From Coxiellaceae bacterium (GTDB lineage Bacteria; Pseudomonadota; Gammaproteobacteria; JAJRRL01), in NCBI GenBank assembly GCA_044359385.1, contig JBIKMG010000003.1, positions 2,836 to 66,835 of the forward strand: a DNA stretch of 64,000 nucleotides, read 5' to 3'. Under the pieces are notes generated by a model. The model was not told where the DNA came from, did not search any database, and worked only from the letters and a program-made list of their open reading frames with translations. Positions 9,140-19,684 of this stretch are shown here, piece after piece. Position 1 is the stretch's first letter, and every line of letters begins with the position of its first letter. The translations under genes were made by a program, and so were the position numbers.

Positions 9140-12100
9140 ATGTTCTATCTTGAAGGTGATAAAGCGCTTAGTCCTCATGAAGAAAAAAAATTATGGGCTG
9201 CTCTGCAAAAATCAGGAAGTTCAGTTTTAGGGCTTAAAGCGATTCGTGTTTTTTGGGTAGATGCGCCGAAAGAAGATATAAAGGGAATTTGTTCTATTTT
9301 AGAAGCAACTCCAAGTTCGTATCCAACGAGAAAAAAAAGTTGTTGGTCTTTGCCGCGCAAAGGCGCATCGTCGCCATGGGCAACAAAGGCAGCGGATATC
9401 TTAAAACAGTGTGGTTATGAAAACTTGTCTTATATCGAAGTGGGTACCTATTTTAGTTTTGACCTGGTCGGTGAATTGACGAATCGAGAGATGTTTTATT
9501 GTTTTGATCGCATGACTCAGGTCTGTATTTCTGATCCTACGGTGCTTGAAGAATGGTTTACTCATCCAGATTCAAAAGCGCTAAAAAGCTATTCGTTGCT
9601 ATCGGATAAAAAAACGGCCTTAGATTCAATCAGTCAAGAGTTGGGTTTAACTTTGCAGGAAGCGGATTATCAGCACTTACTCAAAGTGTATCAACGCATA
9701 GGTCGCGATCCTACGGATGCAGAGTTGATGATGTTTGCACAAGTGAATTCTGAGCACTGTCGCCATAAAGTTTTTAATTCCAACTGGTGCCTAGATGGCG
9801 TTAAAAAACAAGAAACGTTATTTTCGATGATTAAGAAAACCTACGAAAAAAATCCGGGCCGGGTTGCTGTCGCATATAAAGACAATGCAGCGGTGATTGC
9901 TACCTCTTTGGCAGAGTATTGGTCATTGTGCCCAAACACTAAAAAGTATCAATTTGTCGAGGATTATTCAGGACTGGTTTTGAAAGTCGAAACACACAAT
10001 CACCCGACCGGTATTTCACCACACCCGGGTGCTGCGACAGGCAGTGGTGGTGAAATTCGCGATGAAGCGGCCACGGGGCGCGGTGCGACAGTTAAGATGG
10101 GTATGGTGGGCTTTTCTGTTTCCAATTTGCAGATACCCGGGGCCACACACGCATGGGAGCATCCGTATGAGACACCTGCTCATTTAGCTTCGGCGTTGAC
10201 GATAATGCTGGAAGCACCGATGGGTGGGGCAGCGTATAATAACGAATTTGGAAGACCGACTTTATGTGGATTTTTTCGTACGTTGGGTATTCCCTTTCCG
10301 AGTGGCAATTCGATGTGGGGGTTCCATAAGCCATTGATGATTGCGGGTGGTGTTGGGCAAATTCGTATGTCCCATGCCTATAAACAAGCTGTACAACCAG
10401 GCGATGCATTGTTGGTGCTAGGCGGTCCTGGGATGTTGATTGGTTTAGGTGGAGGGGCGCTTTCATCGAAACCGTTATCTACGGGATTTGAGGCTTTGGA
10501 TTTTTCTTCGGTTCAGCGAGCCAATCCAGAGATGCAGCGGCGTGCACAAGAGGTGATAAATGCATGTATTGCTTTGGGTAACGCTAATCCCATTGTGAGT
10601 ATTCATGATGTGGGAGCCGGTGGATTATGTAATGCGTTGCCAGAACTGGTGGAGGCTGATGATTTAGGTGCTCAGATTGATTTGCGTTTGATACCGGTTG
10701 CTGAATCAGGCATGAGTCCAATGGAAATTTGGTGTAATGAATCGCAAGAACGTTATGTTTTAGCGATTCGTCCAGAGTCGGTTCCCTTGATTCAGAAAAT
10801 AGCAACAAGGGAAAGAGTTCCTATCGCAGTTGTTGGGTATGCAACGAAAGAAAAGCGGCTGCATATTGTTGATTCGATGCAGGGTAATTCGACCGTTGAT
10901 ATGAAAATGGCAGATTTGTTTGATTGTAATGAGGCACTCAATTGTGAAGACGAGACCTTAGCGTATCGGTATCCATCGGTTGATTGGGAGATCTTTGATT
11001 TAGCGGATAGCATTGAGAAAGTGATCTCTCATCCTGCAGTGGGGGATAAGTCATTTTTAATTACGATTGGTGATAGAAGTGTTGGTGGTTTAGTTGTACG
11101 CGATCAAATGGTTGGTCCCTGGCAAGTTCCGGTTGCTGATGTGGCGGTGACGGCTTCAGGTTTTTATCAGAAAACCGGTGAAGCTATGGCGATAGGTGAA
11201 CGTTCACCTGTTGCTATATTAGATGCTGTTGCAGCAGTGAGTTTAGCAGTGGGTGAAGCATTAACTAATTTAGCGGCTGCAAAAATAGGTTCTCTTGAGA
11301 AGGTGGTACTCTGCGCAAATTGGATGTCTGCGGTGAAGCTCAAAGGAGAAGGAGCAGCACTCTATAAGGCAGTGGAGGCACTAACGAAAGAAATCTGTCC
11401 TGCTTTAAAGGTTTGCATTCCAGTAGGGAAAGATTCGTTATCTATGCGTACCTACTGGAAGTCCGGTGATGTAGTGAGTCCTCAAACGTTGGTTGTGACT
11501 GCGGCAGCAGAGGCTCAGGATATTACAAAGACGTGGACGCCGGTTTTAAGGCAGGAAAAAAGCATCTTGTTGTTGATTGATTTGTCGTCTAAGCAGGATA
11601 ACTTAGGCGCTTCTATTTTTGCGCAAGTGCATGTACAGGTGGGAACGAATCCAGCTCAGCTAGAGAGTCCAAAAAAATTAGCTTGTTTTTTTGCTGCCAT
11701 GCAGGCGTTGCACGAAGTGGATTTAGTGTTGGCATATCATGATCGTTCCGATGGTGGTTTGTTAGCAGCGCTTGCAGAGATGATGTTTGCAGGTCATTGC
11801 GGTATTGATCTCCATATTCCAGAGGCGGTGAATAGGAATGGTTTTTTATTTAATGAAGGCTTAGGGGCTGTTATTCAGGTAGCAGAAAATAATCTGGATA
11901 CGGTATTAACTATTTTAGATGGGCATGAGCTAGGTGAGATGACTCTGCGTTTGGGTGGTTTGAATCAGCAAGACTCATTGAGGATTTTCAGTTCAGGAAA
12001 ATATCTATGCTATGAGAATTCTCGGGTTAATTTAGCACGTTATTGGTCGAAGACGAGTTATGAGATACAGCGGTTACGAGACAATCCAGAAACGGCTCGC

Positions 12101-12946
12101 GCTGAGTATGATCGTTGGTGGGATATTGAAGATCCTGGTTTAAATGAAGTGATTACGTTCTCTTCGATTTCTAAACCTAAGAACACAGAGGAAGATAAAA
12201 AGTTATGTGTCGCTATTTTGCGCGAGCAAGGTGTTAACGGACACGCAGAAATGGCAGCGGCTTTCGCACATGCTGGATTTTCAGCAATGGATGTGCATAT
12301 GGATGACCTACTAACGGGTAGGCGCAAGTTAGATGAATTTGTTGGTTTAGTTGCTTGCGGTGGGTTTTCTTATGGTGATGTTCTAGGTGCTGGTCGAGGT
12401 TGGGCGCAGGTGATTTTAAATCACATGGATTTGAAGGAGCAGTTCAAAACTTTTTTTGCTGATTCCAAGCGTTTTGCCTTGGGTGTTTGCAATGGTTGTC
12501 AGATGTTATCGCAACTGCAAGAAATTATTCCGTCTACGGATCATTGGCCTGCCTTCAAACATAACCTATCGGGACGTTTTGAATCACGAATATCTTTGGT
12601 GAAAGTGAATAAGTCGCCGTCCCTTTTCTTGCGTGGAATGGAAGGGAGTGTATTGTCGGTTATATCTGCGCATGGAGAGGGGCTTATTACGAATAGCTCG
12701 GTTAGTTGTTTAGATTATGTCAATCATAATCATGAGCCAACGGAAGTGTATCCAGCGAACCCAAATGGCAGCTTTTCTGGTCAAACAGCGTTTACGAATG
12801 GGGATGGACGTATTACGATTATGATGCCGCATCCTGAGCGAATGTTTTTGCGGCAACAGCAAACTTGGCGAACGGGATCTGTGATGGGCGATGCTCCCTG
12901 GGCCCAGTTCTTTCAAAATGCGCGTGAGTGGGTAGATCAGAGTTAG
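9140..12946 (+). CDS. purL: Phosphoribosylformylglycinamidine synthase (large single-chain PurL)
   Basis: About 1270 aa carrying both the FGAM synthetase domains and a C-terminal glutaminase domain (GVCNGCQM). The start is placed at the ATG at 9140. Confidence 0.9.
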   Translation: MFYLEGDKALSPHEEKKLWAALQKSGSSVLGLKAIRVFWVDAPKEDIKGICSILEATPSSYPTRKKSCWSLPRKGASSPWATKAADILKQCGYENLSYIEVGTYFSFDLVGELTNREMFYCFDRMTQVCISDPTVLEEWFTHPDSKALKSYSLLSDKKTALDSISQELGLTLQEADYQHLLKVYQRIGRDPTDAELMMFAQVNSEHCRHKVFNSNWCLDGVKKQETLFSMIKKTYEKNPGRVAVAYKDNAAVIATSLAEYWSLCPNTKKYQFVEDYSGLVLKVETHNHPTGISPHPGAATGSGGEIRDEAATGRGATVKMGMVGFSVSNLQIPGATHAWEHPYETPAHLASALTIMLEAPMGGAAYNNEFGRPTLCGFFRTLGIPFPSGNSMWGFHKPLMIAGGVGQIRMSHAYKQAVQPGDALLVLGGPGMLIGLGGGALSSKPLSTGFEALDFSSVQRANPEMQRRAQEVINACIALGNANPIVSIHDVGAGGLCNALPELVEADDLGAQIDLRLIPVAESGMSPMEIWCNESQERYVLAIRPESVPLIQKIATRERVPIAVVGYATKEKRLHIVDSMQGNSTVDMKMADLFDCNEALNCEDETLAYRYPSVDWEIFDLADSIEKVISHPAVGDKSFLITIGDRSVGGLVVRDQMVGPWQVPVADVAVTASGFYQKTGEAMAIGERSPVAILDAVAAVSLAVGEALTNLAAAKIGSLEKVVLCANWMSAVKLKGEGAALYKAVEALTKEICPALKVCIPVGKDSLSMRTYWKSGDVVSPQTLVVTAAAEAQDITKTWTPVLRQEKSILLLIDLSSKQDNLGASIFAQVHVQVGTNPAQLESPKKLACFFAAMQALHEVDLVLAYHDRSDGGLLAALAEMMFAGHCGIDLHIPEAVNRNGFLFNEGLGAVIQVAENNLDTVLTILDGHELGEMTLRLGGLNQQDSLRIFSSGKYLCYENSRVNLARYWSKTSYEIQRLRDNPETARAEYDRWWDIEDPGLNEVITFSSISKPKNTEEDKKLCVAILREQGVNGHAEMAAAFAHAGFSAMDVHMDDLLTGRRKLDEFVGLVACGGFSYGDVLGAGRGWAQVILNHMDLKEQFKTFFADSKRFALGVCNGCQMLSQLQEIIPSTDHWPAFKHNLSGRFESRISLVKVNKSPSLFLRGMEGSVLSVISAHGEGLITNSSVSCLDYVNHNHEPTEVYPANPNGSFSGQTAFTNGDGRITIMMPHPERMFLRQQQTWRTGSVMGDAPWAQFFQNAREWVDQS

Positions 12947-13209
12947 GTTACCCGAATAATTCGCAGTGCATGAATATCGGACTGCATCATCTCGCCCAGG
13001 GTTTCATAAATTAGGCGATGTTTTTCGAGCAGACTTTTCTTTGCAAAGATAGGAGCTTTGATGCTGATAGCAAAATGCCCTAAGCCCCCTTTGGACCCCG
13101 CATGACCGATATGTAGGTGGCTTTCATCGATAACTTCAATCTCACAGGGTGAAAATCTTTCTTTGAGTCGTGATTTTATTCGAGAGATTCGTTGTTCATT
13201 GAGGGTCAT
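12943..13209 (-). CDS. BolA-family protein (YrbA/IbaG-like)
   Basis: SRIKSRLKERFSPCEIEVIDESHLHIGHAG...HFAISIKAPIFA is a typical BolA fold signature. Its stop overlaps the purL stop on the opposite strand. Confidence 0.7.
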   Translation of the reverse strand: MTLNEQRISRIKSRLKERFSPCEIEVIDESHLHIGHAGSKGGLGHFAISIKAPIFAKKSLLEKHRLIYETLGEMMQSDIHALRIIRVT

Positions 13210-13738
13210 CTTTTTTCTCGATGTGCGTGTTAAGATAAATGGCTTGTGCAACACAGAAAAGGATAAGTAAGCTCAGGGTCCCAAAGAGTTTAAAGTTTAC
13301 CCACTGTTTCGTGGTGTAATGGTAAATAACATACATGTTCACAAATCCCATCGCTAAAAAGAAAATAGCCCAGGCGTAAGTGAGTATGCGCCATACCTTG
13401 TCCGTTACGACGAGCTGCTGACTCATGAGAGTTTTTAGCAGGTATTTTTTGCTAAACCATTGCATTCCCAAGAGTATCAAACCAAATGCCCAATAAACGA
13501 GAGAGACCTTCCATTTAATATAAATGGACTTGTGTAAAATAATCGTTGCCCCACCGAATAGGACTAAAATAATCAGATTGATCCATTGGATTATCCCTAT
13601 TTTTTCTCTTTTTATCAGGTAATAAGCGATTTGGCTGAGTAGTACACCTATGGCAACAGCAGTTGCGACGTAGATACCCCAAATTTTATAAGCAATAAAG
13701 AAAAAAATAATGGGGAGGTAGTCGAGGAAGATTTTCAT
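13196..13738 (-). CDS. yciB: Intracellular septation protein A (YciB/IspZ)
   Basis: N-terminal MKIFLDYLPIIFFFIAYK... and 5 TM helices, 180 aa. This is the YciB family. Confidence 0.8.
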   Translation of the reverse strand: MKIFLDYLPIIFFFIAYKIWGIYVATAVAIGVLLSQIAYYLIKREKIGIIQWINLIILVLFGGATIILHKSIYIKWKVSLVYWAFGLILLGMQWFSKKYLLKTLMSQQLVVTDKVWRILTYAWAIFFLAMGFVNMYVIYHYTTKQWVNFKLFGTLSLLILFCVAQAIYLNTHIEKKDDPQ

Positions 13739-13892
13739 GATTTTCCTATTAAATTTTTGAGCAGAAATTGTGCGACAAAATTAAAGTGATTTGCTGTGAA
13801 CCGTCGTTCGTGGGCTTTTAGGTTAGCATTTTCTTTTTTATAATGATATGGTTAGAGACTAAACTGTTTTTTTAACATAAGGATATCCGTGA

Positions 13893-14588
13893 ATGACAAG
13901 TGTGGCCCAAAAAAGTTTTCGTTTAAAAGCGGATATGCTCGCACTAACTGTGATGCAGTTGCAAACAGTTAACCTAGAGGAAATAGCGAGCGAATTAAAA
14001 TTAACGATTTCTAGAGCGCCTCGTTTTTTTGAGAAAGCGCCACTTTTGATTGATGCCCGAGAAGTGAATGTGAATACGTTAAATATGAGTAGTTTTTTGC
14101 GTTTGCTTAAAGATTCCGGAATTATTCCAATTGGTATTCGTGGATTGAATGAGCAACAGCAGCCTTTGGCTGAGTCGTTGGGCCTGCCTTGCTTGCAGTC
14201 ATCCTCACTGATCGAAGGTCGATCAGTTGAAGTGAATAAAGAAAATCAAAGGCCTAAGCAACAGGCTAAAATTATGAGCAAGCCAGTTCGTGCTGGGACT
14301 AAGGTTTATGCTAAAGAACAGGATTTAATTATCATTGGACCCGTCAACGTTGGCGCTGAGTGCATAGCTGATGGTAATATTCATGTGTATGGACCACTAC
14401 GTGGTCGCGCATTGGCAGGTGCCACAGGAAATACGGAGGCAAGGATTTTCTGTCACTCTTTAGAGGCTGAGTTGATTGCCATTGCTGGACATTATTTGGT
14501 TCGAGAAAATTTACAGGTGCCCCAGAAACATGCTGGGATGTTGCAGATTTTTCTTGAGAATAACAAACTATCGATAGAATCGATTTAG
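13893..14588 (+). CDS. minC: Septum site-determining protein MinC
   Basis: The C-terminal beta-helical domain (GNIHVYGPLRGRALAG) and its position upstream of minDE. Confidence 0.85.
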   Translation: MTSVAQKSFRLKADMLALTVMQLQTVNLEEIASELKLTISRAPRFFEKAPLLIDAREVNVNTLNMSSFLRLLKDSGIIPIGIRGLNEQQQPLAESLGLPCLQSSSLIEGRSVEVNKENQRPKQQAKIMSKPVRAGTKVYAKEQDLIIIGPVNVGAECIADGNIHVYGPLRGRALAGATGNTEARIFCHSLEAELIAIAGHYLVRENLQVPQKHAGMLQIFLENNKLSIESI

Positions 14589-14605
14589 AAAAAGAGGGTG
14601 GGATT

Positions 14606-15424
14606 GTGGCAGAAGTAATTGTTGTAACATCTGGAAAAGGTGGGGTTGGTAAAACAACGACCAGTGCCTCGTTGGCCTATGGTCTTGCTCAAAAAGGGTT
14701 TAAGACAGTGGTCATAGACTTTGATGTCGGTTTACGGAATCTGGATTTGATCATGGGTTGTGAACGTCGTGTGGTCTATGACTTAGTCAATGTCATTCAT
14801 GAAGAAGCGACTATTAAGCAGGCGTTAATCAAGGATAAGACTTGTGAAAATCTTTATATTTTGGCGGCATCACAGACACGTGATAAGGATGTCTTGAGTC
14901 TAGAGGGCGTTGGTCGTGTTATTGATGAGTTAAAGGCAAACTTTGATTACATTGTTTGTGATTCTCCTGCAGGTATTGAAAAAGGGGCCTTGATGGCCAT
15001 GCATTTTGCAGATACTGCTTTTGTGGTTACAAATCCAGAGGTTTCCTCTGTACGAGATTCAGATCGGATTTTGGGTATGCTAAGTAGTAAGACCAAGCGT
15101 GCGATAGAAAGTGGTGAGCCGATTAAAGAGCATTTGATTGTGACTCGCTATGCGGATAAGCGGGTGAGTAATGGGGAGATGTTATCGATAGACGACATTA
15201 CCGATTTACTCGGAATTAAGCTAATAGGTATCGTTCCTGAGTGTGCTGCTGTTCTAACGTCCTCAAATGCAGGTTCTCCTGTTATTCGAGATGCCAATAG
15301 TGAAGCGGGTAAGGCATATAAAAGAATTGTTGCTCGATTTTTAGGTGAAGATGTTCCCAGCTATGAAGACCAGAAGAAAAAAGGATTTTTTAAGCGTATT
15401 TTTGCTAGGGAGGTGGTGGCGTGA
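14606..15424 (+). CDS. minD: Septum site-determining ATPase MinD
   Basis: Deviant Walker A motif SGKGGVGKTT and full-length similarity to MinD. Confidence 0.95.
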   Translation: MAEVIVVTSGKGGVGKTTTSASLAYGLAQKGFKTVVIDFDVGLRNLDLIMGCERRVVYDLVNVIHEEATIKQALIKDKTCENLYILAASQTRDKDVLSLEGVGRVIDELKANFDYIVCDSPAGIEKGALMAMHFADTAFVVTNPEVSSVRDSDRILGMLSSKTKRAIESGEPIKEHLIVTRYADKRVSNGEMLSIDDITDLLGIKLIGIVPECAAVLTSSNAGSPVIRDANSEAGKAYKRIVARFLGEDVPSYEDQKKKGFFKRIFAREVVA

Positions 15425-15687
15425 GTTTTTTGAATTATTTCAAAGCAAATAAAACAGCCGCAAAGGCAAAAGATCGCTTGCAAATTATTATTGCGCAAGA
15501 GCGCAGTAGGGCTGGGCAGCCGGATTATCTGCCGTTAATGAAAAAAGAAATCTTGCATGTGATTGAGAAGTACACGAAGGTATCTTTAAAGGATGTACAG
15601 ATTGGATTTCATTCCACTGAGAACAACTCAGTATTAGAGTTGAATATCAAGCTGCCTGAGCATCAAGTGGCTGAAGAGACTACCTAG
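15421..15687 (+). CDS. minE: Cell division topological specificity factor MinE
   Basis: 88 aa with the N-terminal MSFLNYFK...KDRLQIIIAQER. Its start overlaps the minD stop. Confidence 0.9.
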   Translation: MSFLNYFKANKTAAKAKDRLQIIIAQERSRAGQPDYLPLMKKEILHVIEKYTKVSLKDVQIGFHSTENNSVLELNIKLPEHQVAEETT

Positions 15688-15718
15688 TCGGAATTTTTCA
15701 CGAATAAGTGTTGCTCTT

Positions 15719-15758
15719 GAAAGGAACACGCCATTTATGGCGCGTTCCTTTATTCTTT
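15719..15758. terminator. Candidate bidirectional terminator between minE and the convergent 1221-aa gene
   Basis: A 13-bp stem with one mismatch (AAAGGAACACGCC...GGCGCGTTCCTTT), flanked by A/T-rich runs on both sides. Confidence 0.45.
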
Positions 15759-18700
15759 GCCCTTGGCGATCTTCGAGCTAATTTCGCCCGTCACTTTAGC
15801 ACCAGTCGATCCACCCGCTTTCATCACGCCAGTAGCTTGAGCTTCTCCACCAGACATCGCTTTCTCCCCACCTTTAGCAGCAGACTGAGCAGATTTAGTG
15901 GCGGAGCCTTTTGAGCCTTCAACAGACTGCATAATGTTTCTCGTATCGCCAGCGGCCTGTGCGCCAATCCATTTTAAGACGTTCTCAGGAACAATAAATA
16001 CGAGTGAGTAAGCATGGTTAATGATCTTGTAGGTCATATAAGTCAATAGTCCTAGCATAATAGGCATCGATAACATCATCATGATGAACTGCATGATGCT
16101 TTGGTAGCCGTCAGCATTAGGTCGGCCATCCAGTGTTGTTTTCGTTTGATAAGCTAAAGGAATACTTGAATCGAGAGCCCCTGCACTGGTGTCAGCTACA
16201 TTGGTTGTTACAGGAGAAATGGTGGAGGCATATTGTTCGTTTGCAATATCGGATGCATGCGAGCTTAAATTAAACATCGAGCTCCAAAGGTTAACATTAG
16301 ATCCATAGCCGCCGTCACAGACCGCTTTGCTTCCAGATGATGCATGATTGAAAATATAGCGGCAATAATCATTAGAATTGCCATCATAGAGGGTTCCTAA
16401 GAGCATCAGAAAGCCTTGAATCATGAAAAATAGTAGCACTCTTGCCAATATCATCGATAGGATGAAAGAGATAATCATTAATGCAGGCCGGATAAATATG
16501 CTTAGCAAAAGCATAATAGACTGTTTGAGAGAGTTGGCTAATTCATGCCCTTGAGGGTTTGTCATTCCTAGGCAAATCAGTGGGCCAGCAGCCATCGCCT
16601 CGATCACAGCAATAAACCAGCCAACGGCTGCAAAAGTAAAGACAATCCAAGGATAGATTGGAACATAAAAAGCCATAACAGCGCCCATCGTCATAAAGGT
16701 AACACCGATTTTTTTCAGTATTCCCCCCATTATTTTGACGAAAGAAACAAGTATCGCTATAGCGCCGCCGCCTATGATGGCTAAGCTAGCACCTGCAACA
16801 GGAATTAGCATCAGTAGCGCGACAGCTATAATACCGATTAGAGCGGTAATAACTAAAGAGATCATCATGTGAATGTAGCCGAGAGTTGCATAACCTCCTT
16901 GATAGATCATTCCCATGCCAATACTAGCGATGATGCTTTGCGGATCTAGATTCGGGTTGTTGAGCTGCGAGGCTACGTTGAGTATGAATTTCTGTAAGAA
17001 ATAAATTTGATTCAGTAGCTGTGGATATAGCGCGCTTTGAGCCTGATAGAATCCACCTAGGAAGCTTTTCCCGTAGCGACCTAGATTATTGTCGTTTTTT
17101 GCCATTGCTGCCGTATCGTTGCTGGTGGAATTGGCACCAGGTGCAGCGCCAATGCTTTCCGTTTCGCTAGAGATGATTGCGTTGAAAGCGTTTCCAGCCC
17201 AGGCAAGTTGAGCGCTGATGCCTGAATCAGATGAATCCAGTGTATCGATTTGGCCAATGTTGGCACCATTATCTCTAAAAGCTTCTTGAATATTGAGAGC
17301 GACGCAATTTTTTAAGTTCGTGACTGTTGCTCCATCCGTATTTGCCTGACAAGAAGGGGTGCTACCGCCAGAGTCATTGTTGTCGCCACCGATAAATAAA
17401 AAGGCGGCTAATGCATCGTGTGTTTTACGACCGACAGAGTAATCTAGAAAATTTTCACTCGTTGAAGATTTTTGAGTGACCATCACTTGATCTTGATGCG
17501 CAATAAGCCAATAGTAAGATCCAGCCATGATCCACCCGGAGCTTCTCATTTTATCCGCAAGCACTTTAGTGCATGTTTGCGCATCTGTTGTATCATAATC
17601 TTCGATAGCTTTAGGATGTATGGGGGGCGTTATTCCCGCGATCTCTTCTTGTGTTGGAAGTAGGTTTACTAAGGCATCTTTATCTGATTGAGTTAGCGCA
17701 TCTTGATCTCTCCAGGCTTGATAAAGAATAGAGCCATAATTTTCGCAAAGTGTCGTTGCATCATGAATACTTAAATTCGGGTATAATGCCTTACCCACAT
17801 TATTCGATAAAAACCCGGCATCCTCTCGAGAGCGTCCTTGTGTAATATAAATAGCACAGGTAGAAACGGTATCTTGATAGCTCATGGGAGGAGAGTTGGC
17901 CAGTAGGTCTTCTCTACCCCAGGCGCCTACTTCGCCAATTCCCATGTAATCTTTTCCCGGTATGGTGCAATAAATGGAGTCAATACTGCAACTGCCATCC
18001 ATGAGGTGCTGATAATTTTCATACCGGCTATCATCGTTATATTTTTTGTAGAGATCACTCTCTTTGAGTTGACTTAGCTTATTGGCGACAGCCTCCTTTT
18101 TGGCCTCATAATCAGCCATTGCTTCGTTATATTTCGCTAGTTCAGCTTCATCATAATGAGGGCTTTCTCCGTCTTTTTGCCACCGAGCAAGACAAGTTTT
18201 GTTTGTGCTGTTATCAATGTGATCATTATCGGTTGTGTTATCCGCAGCAAGCTTATCTAAGCTGTAGACGTTGGTGATCGTTTCAGAGAAAGAGGTCGAT
18301 AGCCCAATAATTAAATTAGCAGAATTAGCTAGATCAACGGGAGCGACACCGCTGCAGAAATCACTTTCTGGGTAGGATTGACACGCAAAGCTTTTGGCTG
18401 TTTCTTTAAGTGTATCTGCAGCATTTCTGAGTTGTTCGTTGAATGGCGTTTTACCGCTCAGGGAGTCAGTATTTGTTGTGCCTTGATTGCTAACATCTGG
18501 TTTGAGTTGAGCTGTAAAGGTAATAGGGCCCTTATCACCACCGCCTGTTGCATAGCTTTGGTTGAGGGTGACACTACTGATATCAGATAGTTGTTGATCT
18601 GCAATTAAAGGCTGAGGAGAATCTCCACAGCTTCCATCATTTTTGCAGCGTATTTCGGATTGATAGTAATTTATTTCAGCATTGAGCATATTATAAAATT

Positions 18701-19415
18701 CAGAATTTATTTTTAGCGGTATTTGGTTCGTCATAATATCGTTATACGTATATTCAGGCTTGTTTTCTTCGCTAGAGTTAGTCCAGGTTGACTGCTGTGG
18801 TGGGTTATCAAAAACATGAGTATGATTTTCAAATGCATCAATCTGGTAGTTCCAGATTCCATTCGCAAGTTTGACCCCTTGTACGACTACCTTCATGATA
18901 ATGTTTTGAATCGTGGAGTAACCCGTAGTCGGGCTGGGTATAACCAGGACAATACCCAGGCAGATAGATAAAAAGCTTTTTCCTTCTTTAGATATTTCTT
19001 GAATGTTACCGTCAATCATCTTGCCCAGAATGCGGACCAGTGTGAGTAAGACCCAGATGCCGCAAGCAATTAATATGCCCTGATTAAAGATGTAAAAGAG
19101 CTTGCCGATGGTTTGTCCGGATAAGCTTCCATTGAGTGTATTACCGACGTGACCGAATAGCATGCTTAGATATTTAATAGAGTAGTCATTCGGTTGATCT
19201 ACGTAGACATTGCTATTGTCTGGTGTACTGGTATTGGATATGTTGCTCAGTTGGTTGCTGTCAGTTAAAGTGGGTGTTTGTGATGTGATGCTGGGTATAG
19301 ATGAGGTGAGTTTGGAAGAGCTGGAATACGAGTCAGTTGCTGCAAAGATAGAAAAGCCAGCCACAATGAGTAAAAAAGCAGTTGTTAGTCTTAATATCCA
19401 ATTACGTCTATTCAT
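15750..19415 (-). CDS. Very large (1221 aa) polytopic membrane protein of unknown function with a Cys-rich exoplasmic domain and a low-complexity G/A/K-rich C-terminal tail
   Basis: A single uninterrupted ORF. It has an N-terminal signal/anchor and an S/T-rich low-complexity segment, followed by 2 TM helices. Next comes a hydrophilic domain of about 650 aa containing more than 16 Cys, many in close pairs. The protein ends with a block of 6-8 TM helices and the tail KGSATKSAQSAAKGGEK...AKGKE. A GAGG RBS sits upstream. Confidence 0.7.
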   Translation of the reverse strand: MNRRNWILRLTTAFLLIVAGFSIFAATDSYSSSSKLTSSIPSITSQTPTLTDSNQLSNISNTSTPDNSNVYVDQPNDYSIKYLSMLFGHVGNTLNGSLSGQTIGKLFYIFNQGILIACGIWVLLTLVRILGKMIDGNIQEISKEGKSFLSICLGIVLVIPSPTTGYSTIQNIIMKVVVQGVKLANGIWNYQIDAFENHTHVFDNPPQQSTWTNSSEENKPEYTYNDIMTNQIPLKINSEFYNMLNAEINYYQSEIRCKNDGSCGDSPQPLIADQQLSDISSVTLNQSYATGGGDKGPITFTAQLKPDVSNQGTTNTDSLSGKTPFNEQLRNAADTLKETAKSFACQSYPESDFCSGVAPVDLANSANLIIGLSTSFSETITNVYSLDKLAADNTTDNDHIDNSTNKTCLARWQKDGESPHYDEAELAKYNEAMADYEAKKEAVANKLSQLKESDLYKKYNDDSRYENYQHLMDGSCSIDSIYCTIPGKDYMGIGEVGAWGREDLLANSPPMSYQDTVSTCAIYITQGRSREDAGFLSNNVGKALYPNLSIHDATTLCENYGSILYQAWRDQDALTQSDKDALVNLLPTQEEIAGITPPIHPKAIEDYDTTDAQTCTKVLADKMRSSGWIMAGSYYWLIAHQDQVMVTQKSSTSENFLDYSVGRKTHDALAAFLFIGGDNNDSGGSTPSCQANTDGATVTNLKNCVALNIQEAFRDNGANIGQIDTLDSSDSGISAQLAWAGNAFNAIISSETESIGAAPGANSTSNDTAAMAKNDNNLGRYGKSFLGGFYQAQSALYPQLLNQIYFLQKFILNVASQLNNPNLDPQSIIASIGMGMIYQGGYATLGYIHMMISLVITALIGIIAVALLMLIPVAGASLAIIGGGAIAILVSFVKIMGGILKKIGVTFMTMGAVMAFYVPIYPWIVFTFAAVGWFIAVIEAMAAGPLICLGMTNPQGHELANSLKQSIMLLLSIFIRPALMIISFILSMILARVLLFFMIQGFLMLLGTLYDGNSNDYCRYIFNHASSGSKAVCDGGYGSNVNLWSSMFNLSSHASDIANEQYASTISPVTTNVADTSAGALDSSIPLAYQTKTTLDGRPNADGYQSIMQFIMMMLSMPIMLGLLTYMTYKIINHAYSLVFIVPENVLKWIGAQAAGDTRNIMQSVEGSKGSATKSAQSAAKGGEKAMSGGEAQATGVMKAGGSTGAKVTGEISSKIAKGKE

Positions 19416-19684
19416 TCCAGCCTCGTCGTATCTTAGTGGTTCACATAGTGGCAGGCTTGCTTTAAAATAATCAAAAGCTAGCGCAAGGGTTATAGTAACC
19501 TAAAAATCTTAAGTGAACATTAAAAGACGGCGAATTATTAATTTTTGTTTAAGAAAGCTTTAATTTCTGTCCGACTATCATGCTTGACTTTTGGTAGCGA
19601 CTGAGTTCAACTATCTATTTTTATTCAGAAATTTTCAGAGGTCTAGAGAGCCTACCTGAGAATTTCTTCTTTTGGGGGCATTCC

